Source: Macrostomum lignano
Lineage: Eukaryota
Reading direction: 5' to 3'
Length of the DNA: 64,000 bases
NCBI GenBank assembly: GCA_002269645.1
Contig: NIVC01000128.1
Location: 124,001-188,000 of the forward strand
Position numbers and translations under genes: made by a program. The notes beneath the pieces are model-generated. The model was not told the DNA's origin. It searched no databases and was given only the letters and a program-made list of their open reading frames with translations. Positions 61,233 to 64,000 of the stretch are shown one piece after another (position 1 is the first letter of the stretch; each line of letters opens with the position of its first letter).

Positions 61233-62924
61233 GTTAGTGTATGTGTGTTTGCGTAGACTCTCCGTCGGTTTAAAAGCCTCGTTAGCGGGACCTTTCGATT
61301 ACATGGACCCTTTAAGTGGACCACTTTAAATTTCCTCGATGGGAAGTACAGAGAGGGTTTATCTTGACTGACTGCATAGTCTGAAAGGCAGCCATTACTG
61401 TGGCCAAAGTCCCTCTACTTAAAATAGTTTAGATTTTAAGTATTGAGTATTTTAGTTTACAAGGACCTTTAACACAGTCCACCCAAACCACATCGCTGAG
61501 GTCCACCTAACCCGAAAACAGACAAATTTCACACATACATAGTGTATGTTTTGTTTGTATGAAAACTTATTTTTTTATGATATAGCTCTTTAAAATGCGT
61601 GTTTAAGCACATTGTGGCATTTTTGAGTTGCAGAAGCAAGCTTACTAAACAGGCCGAAGTGATTGGAATGTAAAATAGCTCGTAAAATTGAAGTTTCTGC
61701 TACAAACGAAGCTCCGATGTAGCCCATAATGACTAAAAATTCACGAGATGGTTTTATTTATTACTTGTGGTTTCTGAAACAAAACTGTTCACTAATAGTC
61801 CTGTCGCTATCATACTTGGAATAAATGCTTCATCAAGTGTTGATTTTAGAGAACCTAGATTGAAGGCTATGCATGACTACATAATTTCTCATGCTGCATT
61901 TGCAGCATTGCTTAATTTAAGGAGACATAAAGACAAGAGCCTTGCTTACAGCACGGACTCCTAAAATAGTTTGTGTGCTTTATACTCAAACGTTTACAGC
62001 TTCGGCAACCGATAGGATAGGGCTGGATAATGAAACTTTAAAAGCCGAACCATCCTGACTGAGGTCCAAGCAAACCCCAAAGCTCATCAGCCAATCCTGT
62101 GCTTAAACGGACAGTCAAGAATGGGGTGGTTTAACTTTCATTCCTTACTGTCCGTCCGTTTGAACGTTGGTCATTTCCCTCTCTCCCTCCGAAGGGCTCT
62201 TATTGGTCTGTAGCTGGCTTAATCATCAAGGTCGAGGGTCTGAAATAGAGGGTCAACGTAAACATCTTTCTAATCACAAAAACAGACACCAATTCCCAAC
62301 CTCAAACAAGACTTTAACTTGAATTAGTTGGCCTCACAAGTTGGTTCTGCCAACTGGTTGTCCTTAACACGCCAGCATGCAGAAAAAAAAAGCCCCAAGC
62401 TAGTAGGCGTTTCTACGTTGAAAGGATTATCAAGTGCACGAAAAAGAAGCTCTACATAAAGTGGAAAGGATATTCAAGGTGAGTTTCAAAAGACTTATTC
62501 ACCACTGCACTCTATTTATTATATATACTAAGAGTTGTTTCCATACGGCCATATCGGTTCGGCTAATAAACAGTGCTTTCATATTTTAGCAATCAAAATT
62601 CTTGGGAGCCACGAAGCAACATACCAACAAGTGTGATTCAAAGTCTGCATTCATCTTGCGGTAAGAATTTTTAGTCATCACGTGTAATAATCTTATTAAA
62701 TAATTGACCGTCTAACTTGTGTCAGATAAAAAATGACAATCTAACTCTCTTTCAAAATCTACCAAACTCAAAACATTCCAGAAAAATGCTTCCCGCCGAA
62801 CGAGCAGCAGAAAACGATGACGGTAGGAACTCCTGACTTAACTGTTACTTAGATGTATGCCACTTCATTCCGCAATCGAATCTTAAGGCACGATTTCATT
62901 CGAAAGCATTCCAATCTGAGAGGT

Positions 62925-63960
62925 GGGGTCCAGCTAAACCTTCATTGAATGTCGTTCACATTGACTGTGGGTGCTTCAAGCATCGACTGCCAAACAGACT
63001 TTCAGACATGGGGTCCAGCTAAACCCTCATTGAATGTCGTTCACATTGACTGTGGGTGCTTCAAGCACCGACTGCCAAACATACTTTCAGACATGGGGTC
63101 CAGCTAAACCTTCATTGAATGTCGTTCACATTGACTGTGGGTGCTTCAAGCATCGACTGCCAAACAGACTTTCAGACATGGGGTCCAGCTAAACCCTCAT
63201 TGAATGTCGTTCACATTGACTGTGGGTGCTTCAAGCATCGACTGCCAAACATACTTTCAGACATGGGGTCCAGCTAAACCCTCATTGAATATCCTTCACA
63301 TTGAGTATGGATGCTTCAAGCACCGACTGCCAAACATACTTTCAGACATGGGGTCCAGCTAAACCCTCATTGAATATCCTTCACATTGAGTATGGATGCT
63401 TCAAGCACCGACTGCCAAACATACTTTCAGACATGGGGTCCAGCTAAACCCTCATTGATTGTCGTTCACATTGAGTGTGGATGCTTCAAGCACCGACTGC
63501 CAAACATACTTTCAGACATGGGGTCCAGCTAAACCCTCATTGATTGTCGTTCACATTGAGTGTGGATGCTTCAAGCACCGACTGCCAAACATACTTTCAG
63601 ACATGGGGTCCAGCTAAACCCTCATTGATTGTCGTTCACATTGAGTGTGGATGCTTCAAGCACCGACTGCCACATACTTTCAGACATGGGGTCCAGCTAA
63701 ACCCTCATTGAATATCCTTCACATTGAGTATGGATGCTTCAAGCACCGACTGCCAAACATACTTTCAGACATGGGGTCCAGCTAAACCCTCATTGAATAT
63801 CCTTCACATTGAGTATGGATGCTTCAAGCACCGACTGCCAAACATACTTTCAGACATGGGGTCCAGCTAAACCCTCATTGAATGTTTCACATTGAGTGTG
63901 GATGCTTCAAGCACCGACTGCCAAACATACTTTCAGACATGGGGTCCAGCTGAATCCTCA
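62925..63960. repeat. 85-bp satellite, about 12 copies
   Basis: GGGGTCCAGCTAAACC starts at 62925, 63010, 63095 and onward. Confidence 0.96.
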
Positions 63961-64000
63961 TTGAGTCATAATATGTTTACATTGAGTATCAATGAGTACA

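Overview
Eukaryotic (animal) genomic DNA, not prokaryotic: spliced genes with GT-AG introns, no operons or CRISPR arrays. The style (GC3-rich exons, introns packed with private minisatellites) suggests a free-living flatworm such as Macrostomum, but that is inference only. Recognisable genes: the first coding exon of CNOT9/RCD1 (- strand, 39-323), a p90 ribosomal S6 kinase (RSK/RPS6KA) with both kinase domains (+, 8 exons 11744-24916, plus a candidate upstream exon) and a complete 5-exon cytosolic glycerol-3-phosphate dehydrogenase (GPD1, +, 29987-33986) carrying a 15-Gly insertion. Mobile elements: a decayed Gypsy pol, a decayed BED-finger hAT transposase, a self-nested hAT MITE with an 8-bp TSD, a CORE-type tRNA SINE, a Crypton-like tyrosine-recombinase (DUF3504-type) element with hairpins and matching end blocks, and a young Mag-like Gypsy element (141-bp LTRs, TAGCT TSD) inserted into a minisatellite. 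About 26 distinct tandem arrays fill most introns and intergenic space. Most notable: the structured ends of the Crypton-like element, a C-to-T hypermutation signature at both CpG and CpA in the left ~9 kb, a CAGAT core shared by 11 unrelated minisatellites, and arrays made of AP-1-like and E2F-like motifs. The long ORFs in the supplied track over tandem arrays are artefacts of stop-free repeat units.
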